A stretch of DNA of 63,990 nt, filler included, from Octopus bimaculoides (lineage: Eukaryota), in assembly GCF_001194135.2 (NCBI RefSeq). It is 7 parts of 7 records of this genome, joined end to end, with 100 filler letters (N's around TTAATTAATTAA, not from the genome) between each part and the next. Parts side by side here need not be neighbours in the genome. Positions count along the whole stretch, not along the records: positions 32,719 to 49,337 come from NC_068989.1; positions 49,438 to 55,561 come from NC_069010.1; 5 more parts are not named here. One strand, given 5' to 3'. The notes under the pieces were generated by a model. The model had not been told where the DNA came from. It did no database searches and was given only the letters and a program-made list of their open reading frames with translations. Positions 36,674-50,084 of the stretch are shown piece by piece. A program made the position numbers and the translations under genes. Positions within the stretch are counted from its first letter, which is position 1; each line of letters opens with the position of its first letter.

Positions 36674-37789
36674 GATAAGACGTAAAAGAATAACAATGGC
36701 GTGGATAGTCTGCGGAAGTTTAATTGTCTACATGTAGCGCCGCCTAGCCAAGGGAGATAACCTACTTATAGGAAAGCCCTATAGCATTTATGATCTTTTT
36801 CAAATTCATAACATTATCATGGGCATAGTGGTGTAAAAAAATTCATGTGTTCCATTCATCTGCTTATTCTTCTGCTGCTTCCAAACAAATTGATACCAGT
36901 AACCTGCCACAGTTTGACAAAGTATGGAAAAGAAGCACACTACATTATACAGGGTGTCTCAAATTGATGGAATACATTTTATTTGTTACTAGTTCAATGC
37001 TCATTGCTACACTGCTGGATAAAAATATTTCTGAATCATACACATACCTTCATAAATTGCACAAATATCGTTCAGATTGACCTTTTTGATGAATGTTAGT
37101 AACAGTTTGAAAAATGTTGAACAGCATTTATTTAAAATACTTTTTGACTGACTTGCACTTAAAATTCCCACATTTTTAATCAAAACATGCTAGTTACTAT
37201 GGTGACAATACCTAACTATCTATCTTTCACACACACACACACACACAGTCAGTCTCTCTCTCTCTGTCACTATACTTCACAACAACAACCTTTCCTCTTC
37301 CCCTTCTTTTATTGAAGGTGAAAGTCATTTGTAAAGTCTGAATTGTGTTTTGTATATGTTGAAAGACACAGAAACACACACACTCACTCACACACACAAC
37401 TAAAAAATAACTGTATATCTTTCAAAATTTGGTAGTTACGATGGTAATAATACCTGTCTATCTACTTTTCACACTCACACACTCTCTCTCCCTCACTGTA
37501 TTTTTTCACCACTTCTTCTCCCTTTTTCCTTCCCTCTACTAAATGTTGTGACAGAGACAGACTATGGCAACAACACGGTCTGTCACTCTATCTATCTTTC
37601 TTTCACATACACACTCTTTCTCTCTCTCATACTCACTCTATTTCTTCAAATATTCTTAGAGAAAAATAAATCCTAGTACATGAAGCAGAAATATGAGGAA
37701 GAGAAGAGATGTAGAGACGTAGTTTGGTTTGTTGTGGTAGAGTGTGTGAGAAGTTTTCTTGTTAAGTGTGGGTGGGACACACAATGCTC

Positions 37790-39625
37790 CTAGACCTCAG
37801 TTTCACTGACGTGGGTAGGTCTTCTCAAGAACTTCATATCCCCAGACATCTCAGGCCATTGTCATTTCCTCTGTGAAGCCCAACTTCCCGACATCAGTCC
37901 TTACCACTTCATTCCACATCTTCCTGGGTTTCCCTCTTCCACAGGTACCATCCACTTTCAGTGATTGGCACTTCTTTATGCAGCTGTCCTCATTCATACA
38001 CATCACATGTCCAAATCAGTATATTCTTCTCTCTTGCATGCTACATTTGATTCCTCTTATGCCCAACTTTTCTCTCAATACATTTGCACTTTGCCGTACA
38101 TGTGCACTGATGTTGCATATCCAACAGAGCATACTACCTTCATTTCTCTCCAGTCTACACATCTCTTCAGCATTCAGAGCCCATATCTCACTATCCTGGA
38201 GTATAGCCGTTCGTACGCAAGCATCATATAGTCTACCTTTCACTCTGAGAGAGAAAGTCCTTTTGTTGCCAACAGAGGTAATATATGTCTGAACTTCCTC
38301 CACCCAATTCTTATTCTAGAAACAATACTTTCAGAGAATCCTCCACCATTGCTAATTTGGTCACCTAGGTAACAGAAACTATCTACAACCTCAAGAGAGC
38401 CTCCTGGGCATTTGAGAGAATCTAAGTCCTGTGTGCTTTTAGTGCTTATTGTTCCTGCACATCTGCCACATACAAAGACTACTTTATCTGTTAATCTACC
38501 TGTAATTCTACTGCACCTCTTTGAGTCCATAGTTTACACTGGGTGCAGTGAATGGAATTTCTTCCAACTCCTTTCCTACATATGGAGTAAGGCCATTTAC
38601 CTAACAACTACTTTTGTCTTGGCTAGGTTAACTTTAATGCCCTTTGATTCCAGGTTTTGTTTCCATACCTAGAATTTCTTCTCCAATTCTGCTAAAGATT
38701 CTGCAATAAGAGTAAGATCATCAGCATATAGCAGTTCCCACAGGCACCCAGTCTTGAATTCCTCTGTTATGGCCTGGAGGACTATAATGAATAAGAATGG
38801 GCTGAGAACTGAGCCCTAGTGAACCCCTGCCTGAATGCTGAATTCATCACGGTCTTCATGGCTGACTCTCACCTTACTCACTGCATCACTGTACATGGCT
38901 TGGACAGCTCTAACAAGTCACTCCTCTACTCCTAACTTCCTTAGAAACCACCATATAACAAAGCGGGGAACTCTGTCAAAAGCTTTTTCCAGATCAACAA
39001 AGGCTAAGTACAGTGGCTTACTTTTGGCCAAGTACTTTTCCTGCAGCTGTCTCACTAGGAAGATGGTATCTATAGTATTCTTCCCACGTACAAACCCAAA
39101 CTGCATTTCATCTAGTTTAATTCTATTTCTAATCAATTGAGCTATAACCCTCTCAATAATTTTCAGGACTTGGTCTAGCAGTTTAATACCTATGTAGTTG
39201 TTTCTATCTAAGGCATCACCTTTACCCTTGTAGAAGCTAATTATAATGCTACTACATCAGTTGTTAGGGATGAATAACTTGTTTAACCATACGGGTGACT
39301 AAGCTGTATCCTATGCCACTGAAAATTTTAATCATCCTGGCAGTGATTCCTGATGGCCCTTAATTACCCTATCACATACTCTAGCTATCTCAGTTATCTT
39401 ATCTACCCACTTTTTTGCAAACAGTATGCCTACTTCACCCATTCCATCATTCCTGCTGACCCAGAATAATTTAAATCTCTGTCTCTTACCCTTGAGGCTT
39501 CCCTCCATCTTACTTCTTATACACCACATACATTAACATGGTGTCACTCTAACATTTCAAAAATCTCTCTACTCCTTACTTTCATTGTGCCAACATTGAT
39601 GCCAGCAGCCCTGAGATTGAGTACT
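37790..39625 (-). mobile_element. RTE-clade LINE, internally deleted and disabled
   Basis: APE N-terminus (THNVGTM), QFGFVRGKNTIDTIF, FVDLEKAFDRV, GVH*GSVLSPFLF, LLYADDL, FCYLG, GRGKPRKMW. Most of the endonuclease-RT linker is deleted; many stops. Confidence 0.92.
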
Positions 39626-40043
39626 TGGGTGTGGTGGTGGTAAGGTAGTTGTGGAAATTTTGTCATCATCTGAAATGAAGATCTGTGAAAATACTTGCCA
39701 GCTAGCATAGAGCTTTGATACAGACCTTATTCAGTGAATTACAATGAATCAGTTTTCTCCACCTCATCCAACATCTAGAGCAAGAGCCAACAAGTGTGTT
39801 TGAAAATATGGTGGTTACATAGAGCAGTTTAAGTATTACATGTCTAAATATTCATATATGAAGTACCTTTAACTATATATGACACTCATCAGGGCACTTG
39901 TATAAGGGTATGACAAGGGGGTATAAGGGTATACTCAAAATATACACAGCATATGAAACGTATGAGTCACCAGGTTAAAAAGTTAATGTACGAATTAAAA
40001 TGGTGATGGTAGGTGTTCATAACGTGTGTGCAAAATGGACACT

Positions 40044-40771
40044 GAGAGCACACAGCCCATTACGCACCACATAGCTAGTCTGGTTCAGAAAAAAAAAAAA
40101 CGCGTAGGATTTAATAATAATTATTATTCTTATTATTAAAATATTAATACTAAATTAACATACATGTATATTTTAATCGTTAAATTTATCACATAAGCAA
40201 TGTGAGGGATCTGGCTGAAATTGAAACATGTGACCTTGGCAACTAGATATTGAAAGAAATGGGGGAATTCTAGATTCATTGACTTAATCACATTTGAATA
40301 ATAGTAATAATATAATAACTTAGCTGTTGATTCAGAAAGAGTGAGTTGTTGATTCATGAAATGGCATCGAAGGAATAGAACAATATTTTGGAATGTATTT
40401 TAAATATACAACAGATGCTGGGGTAAGCATGTTGAGAGCACACAGCCCTTTTGCAAAAGTAAGTGTTATACACCACATAGCTAGTCCAGTTCAGAAGAAA
40501 AGCAGTAGGATTTAATAATAATTATTATTCTTATCATTAAAATATTAATACTAAATTAATATACATGTACATTTTAATTGTTAAATTTATCACATAAGAA
40601 ATGTGAGGACTCTGACTGAAACTGAAATGAAATGAAATGAAAGTACATATGGCCTTGGCAACTAGATTCTGAAAAAAAATGGGTGAATTCTAGTTTCATT
40701 GACTTAATCACATTTGAATAATAGTAATAACAACTTAGCTGTTGATTCAGAAAGAATGAGTGAGTTGTTGA
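40044..40771. repeat. Local diverged tandem duplication (40044-40352 and 40434-40771)
   Basis: Co-linear ~310-340-bp copies with scattered substitutions and indels and no N gap between them. Confidence 0.85.
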
Positions 40772-41400
40772 GACAGACTTCTTTCAGTTTCCGTCTACCA
40801 AAGTCACTCACGAGGCTTTGGTCAGCCCGAGGCTATAGTAGAAGAATTTCGTGTAGCCACCTGCTAGCAACTTTTCTCCCACCCCATTTTGTAGGGGCGT
40901 GCTGTGTTCTTGAGCAAGGTTGCAGTCCACTCAGCTGGCAAAAATGAGTTGTAGCTGTAATTCAGCCTTGTCACATTCTGTGTGAGGCTGAATCTCCCTG
41001 AGAACTACGTTATGGTCTGCGGAGTACTCAGCCACTTGTGCATTAATTTTATGATCAGACTGTTCCATTGATCAGATAAACAGGAACCTCATCATTCTAA
41101 TCGATAGAGTGCCATTTTTCAAAAAGAGTGAAAGAAAATGAAATGTTCCATATCGTAAGGCATAAATGTCATGTGTTTAGTATGAGCAGTGAAAGCTATG
41201 ACGAAATAATTGCTATTTCGTCATGTAGTGACTTCACTCTCAACTCACACTCAGTTTGACAACAACAGCCTGCTCATCAGTGTTTATCTGGAGGCTTGAC
41301 CTCCAGATCTGTGGGATCCACAAATGCCATCATTAGGACCAGTCACCCATAGTGACCCTAATGACTAAAAAGATTTTCTAACCATCCTCCTGCATTTACT

Positions 41401-41665
41401 TTAGTCAGAGAAATCGACCCCTGGACTTATTCTTTGTAAGCCTGGTGCTTATTCTATCAGTCTTTTGCTGAACCACTAAGTTACAGAGACACAAACACAC
41501 CAACATTGGTTGTCAAGCGATGGTGGTGGAGGGACAAACACAAACACACACATATAAATATATACACACAATATATATATATAAACGATGGGCTTCTTTC
41601 AGTTTCCATCTACGAAATCCACTCACATGGCCTTGGTCAGCCTGAGGCTATAATAGAAGACGCTA
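41401..41665 (-). mobile_element. SINE copy (same family as 56262-56603)
   Basis: AATCGACCCC.GGACTTATTCTTTGTAAGCCT...GGGCTTCTTTCAGTTTCC.TCTAC.AAATCCACTCAC...GAGGCTATA.TAGAAGAC. Confidence 0.8.
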
Positions 41666-42249
41666 TAAAGTATAGAGTTGAATTTCATGTAGCCACCTGT
41701 CAGCAACTTTTCTCCCCTACCCATTTTGTAGGGGGTATTACCCATTTTTCTGGGCTTTTTTCACAGCTATACCCCATTCAAAATTTGCATTAGTTTTTGT
41801 ACAATAAAAAAAAAAAAAGGAAGGGATGGGGATTTGTTTGTAGTTTATAGAGAAAACATTAAACGTGCCTGAATATCTCTTTTATCTGCTATCATTCCCA
41901 GTGCCCTTACATATCAAACATAACCCCCCTAAACCACTCTTATATTTCTCATAATCAATTACCAGTCATCTCTATCCCATCTAACCAGCTCTCCTCACAT
42001 TCTTATGAAGCTTTCCCCCTTTTCCCCTACTGCCCACTCACCCAGTTCAATCTTCTGTATCACTTCACCAATATTCAGCCCTACTGTACCCTGAGGGTAT
42101 GTTTTAACTAACATCTCTTTAACCCTCTCTATTTCTATCTTTCTCTCCCTTCTTTTCCAACTGGGGTATCCTTGTATCTCTTCTACAAGACACCTATCTC
42201 TGCCTCTCTATTATTCTTTTAATCTCTTATCAACAAGTACAAGACCACC

Positions 42250-42510
42250 TCCCGCAATACCATTCACCCCTCAGTTGAGAGGTCTTGTCTTGCAAGTTAT
42301 TTGGTAACCCTACTGGTGCTGGTGCCATGTTAAAAAAAACACCCAGTATGCTCTGTATAGTGGTTGGCATTAAAAAGGGTATCCAGCCATAAGAACTATA
42401 GCAAACAAACAATAAAGCTTGGCACAGTCCTCTGGCTTGCCAGCTCTTGTCTAACTACCCAATTCATGCAACCATGGGAAACAGATGTTAAATGATAAGG
42501 ATAATGATGG
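42250..42510 (+). mobile_element. SINE/LINE 3'-tail repeat (also at 51135-51405 and 43915-44000)
   Basis: Shared GTGGTTGGCATT...GG.ATCCAGC...GGCTTGCCAGCTC.TGTC.AAC..CC.A..CATGC...ATGG.AAA..GA..TTAAATGATGATG tail. Confidence 0.65.
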
Positions 42511-44689
42511 TATAACTTTGTGGGTGCATTTTTGTGCATATTTATATTTAAATAGGTATCATGTTGCTACCTATGTATTTGCATATTGATATGTGTATGT
42601 AATATTTTTAATCTGTTTTTGTTTATAATCCATGCAAGGTTTTATATTTTAAAAGTATGTTGTGTGTACACATGTCAAAAAGCATGTATGTACTTATTTG
42701 GCTTGCATGTTCATATTTGTTTATATGTATGTGTATATNNNNNNNNNNNNNNNNNNNNNNNNNNNNNNNNNNNNNNNNNNNNNNNNNNNNNNNNNNATAT
42801 ATATATATATATATAAACAATTGCAACATGGAAGGTGTTTATCAGCCATTTAAAGGGGTGCAGCACGGAATTTTGTCAGTGAACAGGTCACGGTCTCAAA
42901 CCAACAAAAATATTTTGGCAAATTGAATTTGAATGTCAAAGTGAACCTAACGGTGTTTGTGTGTTTTTAAATGGCTTATAAACACCTTCCACATTGCAAT
43001 TGTTTTTGTTTCAGCACACGATCTCAGATCAGGTCACTTGCTATGCAAGTACATCTCCATAATATATATATGTATAGAAGTGTATCTGTCTAGCTGTAGC
43101 ACCTTTATGGCTGCGTATGTTTTAATGTGTGTGTGTTTAATTTTCCTTTCCTGCATCGCAGTGGATACCATGAATTACATTCATGCTAATGCTTTAATTT
43201 CCTTCTTTTCTTTCTTACTTATCTTTTATTTTCTTCCTTCATCTTGTCAGATGTTCATTCATTCATTCATCTGTCTATACTCGTACATATTTATAACTGT
43301 TTCTTGTGTCAAGTTAAATATAAAAATAGTTTTACATTAAACAGAAGGATTACTCAAGTCTATTTACTAAAGTACTTATTCATTAACTTACAAGATTGAC
43401 ATTGACTTTGAAGTTTTGGATTGCTTACCTGGTTTGTTCTAGCTTTATATAGTCTTTGACAGGTTGTTTTTTGATAGGTGGAATAATGTAAGTGATAATT
43501 AGGTGGTGTAGGCAGACAAGGAAAGTAGTTGTGTAGGAAGTGGGAGTTGAGAAGGATAAGAGAAAAGCATGTTATTTTTTTTAGATTGTGAGTCAATAGA
43601 AATGTATGGTGAAGAAATTATTTAGCTTTAGATAGAAATTTTGTTACTGTTCAGTTAGGTATAGAATTAAAGAAATATCTCACTATCTACAAAAACATAT
43701 TTTCCTCCTATCCTCCCAAATTTCCCACTTTCTACACATTTATTTCCTCTATCTACCAACACCATACCTTATTATCACTTACATTTCTACCCCTACCAAG
43801 AAAAAAACAAAAAAAAAATAACTAAATAAAGTCAGAAAGAACCTAAGTATATCCCATCTAAGGTGAGCAAACCAAAATTTTGAAGTCACAGTTAACCTTT
43901 TCCTTGTAAAAGTTATTGCAGTTCTCTGGCTTGCTGGTTCTTGTCAAACAGTCCAACCCATGTCAGCATGGAAAATGGACATTAAATGATGATGATGATA
44001 CATACATATATATGTATATATATAACAGCAACATTTTCCATCTGCTTTCCATGCTAGCATGAGTTAGACAGGTTATCATGGTCTGAATCAGTTGTTATTT
44101 AGAGGACTACCAGAGGGCAGTACTCTGAATATGAACTGATTCTGATTATAGTCCTCTAAGTTGGAGAACCATGTCTCAGTTGTGTTGGTTCTTAACAGGA
44201 TACCCTTCCTGACACTAAATACTTAGCAGAATGTAATGGACACATTTTATCAAGATACCAGCACTAGAGATGTTAAAATGTCCTTCATAAGTCTATTGGG
44301 TCCTCTCAACCCTATAGTGTCTCTCCGCAGTCACCAATCCTTTTATAGGATGTACTGGGTGCTTTTATTCCTGTATGTTTTCTCCATTCCTTCAAAACAA
44401 TGTGGTCAAAAGAGTTAAAATAGGAGAGGATGATGATAGAAGACAAACTAAGATGAGAGGGTGAAAGAAGCTAGTGTAAATTGGAATTACAAGAGTGGTA
44501 GAAGAGGAAGAGATGGAAGAGACAATGTAAAAAGAATCATGGGAGAGAGAGACAGACAGTGGTGGCGTGGAGTAATGGGTGGGACACAGTAATGGCAGAA
44601 GATAATGGGAGTGAGTCAGTAATAGTAGCTGTTGGCTTACTAGTAAAGAAGAGAGCAACTGATAAATAGTTAGTCTTCACCGTTTCATC

Positions 44690-45230
44690 CTGTCTTCTTT
44701 GGTCTCCCACTTCCACATGTTCCACCCACTTTGAGTAGTCAGTACTTCACATACCTGTCATTCTCTATACACATCACATGCCCTTATCACACAGCCTTCT
44801 CTCTTGCACACTACATTAGTTTGCTCTTATGTCTTATTTTTCTCTCAGTTCATTTGCCCATGCTCACTAATATAATACACCTAGTAAAGCACTTGTTTCA
44901 TTTCTTTCTAGTCTGCACAAACCGTTTGCCTTCAAGTCTCACAAGTTATTACCATACAGCAAGCATTACACAATCTGTCTTTTACTATAAGAGAGAAGCT
45001 TTTTGTAATCAGCTCTCTGAACCTTGTCCTCAATCTTACAGAAGCTACTTTGCTTTTGGTATGCTCACTTCTACTGATTCACAAGCCCAATTTCTGTAGT
45101 GATTGCCAAGTTACAGAATACGGAACTTTGTCAAAGGTAGCCTTCTCTAGTCAACAAGTGCTAAGCATATAAAGACTAGCTTGTAGCTAGGTATTCCTCC
45201 TGCAGTTGTCTCACTAGTATCATCTAAATA
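44690..45230 (-). mobile_element. Highly decayed RTE LINE fragment
   Basis: Nucleotide similarity to 37950-38330 and 38980-39060, e.g. CACATCACATG.CC and CTGCAG.TGTCTCACTAG. Confidence 0.6.
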
Positions 45231-45469
45231 CCAGATATTTAATTCTGATGAAACTCTCTTTTTACAATGTCATTGATGGCTATGACAGAGAATAAGAGGA
45301 CTGGAGAGCTTCATGTTATATGTTAGATGATATGATGCTATGTTATTACAGAACAATCTCAAAACTAAATAGTAGTCTTGGATAGTAAACGTTCATATCA
45401 GTTGCACTACAAGTAATTTGATTGAAGATAGTCTTAACATCAAGTTTTAATATTACCACTGGACAAGGT

Positions 45470-45695
45470 AGCAAGCTGGCAGAATCATTAACATGCTGGG
45501 TAAAATGCTTAGTGGTATTTCATCTGTCTACATTGTGAGTTCAGATGCCACCTGAGGTCTACTTTGCCTTTCATTCTTTGAGGGTTGATAAATTAAGTAC
45601 CAGTTAAGCACTGGGGTTGATGTAATTGACTTACCCAACTTCTTAAAACTTGCTAGCCTTGTTCCAAAATTTGAAACTAATATTACCATTGGACC
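45470..45695 (+). mobile_element. tRNA-derived SINE (same family as 55716-55925)
   Basis: Head GCAAGCTGGCAGAATCATTA...GAGTTCAGATGCC, core CTTTGCCTTTCATTCTTT...GATAAATTAAGTACCAGTT. Confidence 0.7.
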
Positions 45696-46477
45696 ACCCA
45701 AGGAACTGTTGAAAAAAATAACTTTACAACCATGTGTAACACCAACACTAAACTGGCGAGGTGAAAGTTCAGAGTACCTGATTTTTACAGGGCAAAGAGA
45801 AACCTTGAACACTAGTTTCTGGACCTATTTCCAAGTGCCATGGGATGTCACTATTTTCTTAAGAGTAAATAATTGAGCACTAAGTTAAGACTCAGGACTA
45901 TGTTTGCAATAAGACTTGACACTTGATAGCCTTTGAAATATGATGTTGACGTCTGTGTCTCGATCCCTAGCCACCAAAGAACTTTATGTCGTTATGAGCA
46001 AATGAAGTTGGTACCTAAGGGTATTTTGAAAGCAATGCATTTAGAGTATCAGTCATAACTGGCAAATGAGCTATATACCAAGTAGGGAATAGCTCGTTTG
46101 TCATCAAAATTACACAATTTAAAGTTGACAATAGGCTTGACGAAAGAAACATACTAGCGATTGATCTGGTTATATTAAGATACTAATTTTTAGCAAATTG
46201 GGTATATATTAGGATATTTGAATCTGAAAAGTTTCAACGACTGAATTTGAATCGCTTTTACTTGTCATGGGCAAAAAAAAGTGTATAAAAATTCCTCTAA
46301 CTGTTGTGTTGAAAGTTATTTTAATGCACCAGTTGGCTTTTTTGAAAAGTATACGCAGCTACGCTCTGAAAAATATAAAGACCATCAGTTACTTATTCAT
46401 ACCTGGAACGGAACATAAAACATGTGGAGACGAATACATGTAAAGGAAATTACCAGATGAAGCGCATGAGCACTTAG

Positions 46478-46500
46478 CAACTTCCGGTGTCTTCCGTTGA
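46478..46500 (+). promoter_or_regulatory. ETS/GABP-like motifs (CTTCCGG, CTTCCG) upstream of a candidate start codon
   Basis: CAACTTCCGGTGTCTTCCGTTG in a locally CpG-richer patch ~70 bp before the ATG at 46560; typical of housekeeping promoters (inference). Confidence 0.4.
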
Positions 46501-46559
46501 TGCTGTTAACTGCGTGTGGCGTGAGATTCCAAGGTGTTGTATGCGTACTGTAATTAAGC

Positions 46560-46597
46560 ATGGGCAAACCTAAGAGAAAGCAACAAGAAGATGATAT
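46560..46597 (+). CDS. Candidate first coding exon of an unidentified gene (MGKPKRKQQEDD...)
   Basis: AAGC-ATG-G context, 38 nt, consensus GTAAGT donor at 46598. No downstream exon identified. Confidence 0.45.
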
Positions 46598-48017
46598 GTA
46601 AGTAAAATTAAGTTATAGTCTTGTGTGATAATTTGAACTTTATTATGACGAGAGAAGTAATTTCAAGATTTTGGAGCACATGGTTACATACTGTGCTGTC
46701 ATGTCTACTTTTCAAGGATATGTTTAATATTTCATTGCTGCGTTTTTGCCCCTTTTTAAATATAACTTCATGTTCATCTTCTGAATTGTATTTTCTGTGT
46801 GTCTTTTTTATGATTTGATTTAAAGTTTTTAACTTGGAGAATTCACCAGCTTTTGTGACGTCACATAGTAATGTGCGACTTTAAAATTTTTAACTTTTAG
46901 AAAGTAGCAGTGGCTGTTTATGTTACTCTTTGGTAATTCAATATTTCCCTGAGTATTCAGTCATCGAAAGTGTTGGTTAACACAATCTGTATTCATATTT
47001 ATATACTGTAGGTTTGACATCCTTTTGTCTCGATAACTTTATTGGTAGGGGTGAGTCCGCGAAAAGAAACCGTTCTCTGATTTCTTTAGTGGACATATGG
47101 TGCAATCGTAATTTAAAATTTCAACTTTCTTTCTCAAATTTTATCCATTTTACAAGTATTTCATCTTAAATATGATAGTAAATTACCATATGGTTATCAT
47201 ATAACCTGTCTTATGTCTTAAAAAAAAAAACGCATGTGTGTATATATATATATATATATACATACACACACACACGCACACCATCGCTTTACCCTGTAAA
47301 TAATTCAAAAATTATTTTATTTATAGTAAGTTACAAAGAAATAAATTTTTGAACCAAATGACATATATTCTATTGTATTTTATTACTCTATAGCTTTCTA
47401 GATACTAAGCAGAACATTGGAAGCAAGATTTCCTATTTCACTTATTTTTAATTTACACGTAACTTTTCTGATTAAAATTTGAATGACGTTTATGATTTTA
47501 CTTTTTTACAATGCCAGACGAAGTAGTAAAGACAGTTCACATTGTTTTAGAATTCACCATTAGTATGAACATATTTCAAACTAGTTTTCTACTCATAAAT
47601 ATATATATCAATCTGTCAAAAGACAGATATTCCTATGGTTTGATTGTTGTGGCTATAAAAATACTTCGAAGTTTTTTTTAATGAGAAAAAAACATTATTT
47701 ACTAATTGTAACCAGAGCTAACATATTTAAAATACAAGAATTAAAAAATAATAAAATACATGGATTAGCATTGATCGTTTTTAGTTTTGTACGTCAGTCA
47801 GGAAGATTGGCTTGTCTGTGGATCTTTGCAAGCCCTCTCAGCTTGGTGAGATTGAGGCGTTTGATGTTTGCAAGACTTGAGAGACTTTCAGAGTGTTGCA
47901 GGTCTAATAATAAAGAAGGACTAGGCAAAGTGTTTAGTGTGGGCTCCGATCGCGGTGAAACAAATATATCGACGAGGCCTGAGAGTAAGAGGACGTACAG
48001 TTAAATATGCTCGATGG

Positions 48018-48323
48018 CAGTGCTACTCAAAGTGGTGGTCCGTGGACCGGTGCCGGTACGCAGCGAGTTTCCAGAAAAGTAACAAACAATAGCATAATTT
48101 CAGTAATTTCGCTTTATGCACTGCAGTAAACAACTTATCTGCTTGTGTAATATTGTATTATTTGTTTATAAAATAATTTTTTTTAAAAATCAACTTTTAT
48201 TATCATTATATATATTGTTTCTGGTATAAATTAATATTACTATAAAATATCACCGCTCCCTGGCACATTGGAGAAAACAAAAAACCTGCCGGTACGTCAC
48301 ATCAGATAGTTTGAGAAGCACTG
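48018..48323. mobile_element. 306-bp hAT (Charlie-like) MITE
   Basis: TIRs CAGTGCTACTCAAA / TTTGAGAAGCACTG; 8-bp flanks CTCGATGG and CTCTAAGG (6/8 identical, degraded TSD). Confidence 0.8.
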
Positions 48324-48894
48324 CTCTAAGGGACTAATAATTTTGTAATAAATAGAAAAGACAGAGAGAAGAAACAGTTTTGTTGTAAACTACTAGTTGA
48401 AGTGTTAAATGTCCTTCTTTTAAAGGCACTTAAGCATGTTAATGTGTGCTGCAGAAGCACTGTTCCATAAATTTGAGCTGTCTTTTGATGTGATACTTAC
48501 CTGAGTTTTGTATGGAGTTAGCAACTTATCTGGATTGAATTATTTTCTGACGATAAAAGGGATTTGAAACGTAATTTGGTAGTTTATTTATGTGTCATTA
48601 CCATGAAAAATCTAAGATTGAAGCTAGCTTTTATTGAGGTTTTAAATGTTTTAGCTGTGTGCTGCCCAGAGATGCTAAGTTAGAATTTTGTTTCCTTGAT
48701 ATGTCTAGTGATTGTTTCTTTGTACCTTTGGAAGGACCACCTACATAGGAGTTTATGTTAGAAGTGAGAGTGTATCATTGATAAAGAAAGAAGAATGTGG
48801 GAGACATTATTTTTACACCAGAAATGATAGCGAGGGCTAATGCTGCAATGGTGTATCTGAAATAAATAATGGATGAATATCATAAGATTTGAAA

Positions 48895-49100
48895 TTATTG
48901 TGCCAGACCTAATGAAGTGTAACAGCTTTTGCTTTCAAGAGTGAAGACAATAGTGAATGACACATACAAACCTCTGGTAGCTATAGCTGTATGGAAACCA
49001 TACTGGTTGTTACTGAGGAGAGAAAAACATTCAGGTTGATAGATGAGACAATTATTTACAATAGTTTCTAGTGTTTCTTTCTCTTCATCTTCACAGGAAT
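48895..49100 (-). mobile_element. Small decayed LINE RT fragment
   Basis: LLSNNQYGF...LESK...LGLA matches the QYGFR to DLSKAFD region of APE-type LINE RTs. Confidence 0.55.
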
Positions 49101-49245
49101 TTATCCCCCATCTTTTCAAATATACTTCATCTTATAAAAAGAATGTGAAATATCTTGACTGAAAGAAGGGAGAGGAAAATAGAAGGAAGAAAAAAGATAG
49201 CTTCAGAGTGCATCAAGACCAGATGGAATAGAGCAATTATATGTA

Positions 49246-49301
<56 letters not shown>

Positions 49302-49337
49302 ATATATATTATATATATATATATATATTATATATAT

Positions 49338-49437
49338 NNNNNNNNNNNNNNNNNNNNNNNNNNNNNNNNNNNNNNNNNNNNTTAATTAATTAANNNNNNN
49401 NNNNNNNNNNNNNNNNNNNNNNNNNNNNNNNNNNNNN
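49338..49437. other. Artificial 100-bp scaffold spacer
   Basis: N44-TTAATTAATTAA-N44. Confidence 0.95.
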
Positions 49438-49527
49438 GTTTTCGCTCAATAAACACTCACAACGCCCGGTCTGGGAATCAAAACCGCGAGTCCGCTGCCC
49501 TAACCGCTGGGCCATTGCGCCTCCACT
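49438..49527 (-). mobile_element. tRNA-derived SINE 5' head
   Basis: Minus strand GGAGGCGCAATGGCCCAGCGGTTAGGGCAGCGGACTC...GGTTTTGATTCCCAG has A-box and B-box-like motifs; internally deleted. Confidence 0.7.
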
Positions 49528-49660
49528 TTACACTGATAACCAACACAGATTTTGACAGTTATTTCTAGCTGGTCAAGTCACTGGTTCCTCTTGTAGTGTT
49601 GTTGATGTCGATGTTGTTGTTGATGTTGTAATTGTAGTGTTGTTGATGTTGTACTTTCAG

Positions 49661-49782
49661 ACTCCAAAGAATCGTGTCTAGAGCTGATGACCGACATAGT
49701 CCAAGAATATTACAGTCGCATTATGAAACACATGCGGTCGGCTGTGGACAACCAGCTACTGCACGAACAGATTGGCTTTCCT
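49661..49782 (+). CDS. SUPT7L: STAGA/SAGA complex subunit 65-gamma (SPT7-like) internal exon; upstream exons not in this segment
   Basis: TTTCAG acceptor, GTAAGT donor, phase 1 to 0. (D)SKESCLELMTDIVQEYYSRIMKHMRSAVDNQLLHEQIGFP aligns with the SUPT7L histone-fold region (ESVLETLTDVAHEY...AVD...TPFP). Confidence 0.88.
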
Positions 49783-50084
49783 GTAAGTGTTTTCCTCTCC
49801 CCCCTCCCGCCTTCTCTCTCAAGCACACACATATTTATTCTAACACACTTTAGTGTTAGGAAGAACATCCAGCCTTAGAAACCTTGCTAAAACACACCCT
49901 AGGCAGCTCTTCAGCTAGCCAACTCCTGTCAAAGTATAGGCTTAGTGGTCAGGGTGCTTTGAGGGAGATTTGGCTGCTATTTCTTGCAGGTCTAGTCACA
50001 AAGTAGAGGTCTCCCTTATTGGCTCATACAAGTGCATGTATATAAGACGGGGTTGTGCTTTGAGGTAAGCTATTGGAGATTGTG

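Noticed and set aside
46560-46597. First exon of SUPT7L
   Set aside because: Phase 2 does not fit the phase-1 exon at 49661, roughly 170 aa of expected N-terminus are missing, and an artificial spacer intervenes.
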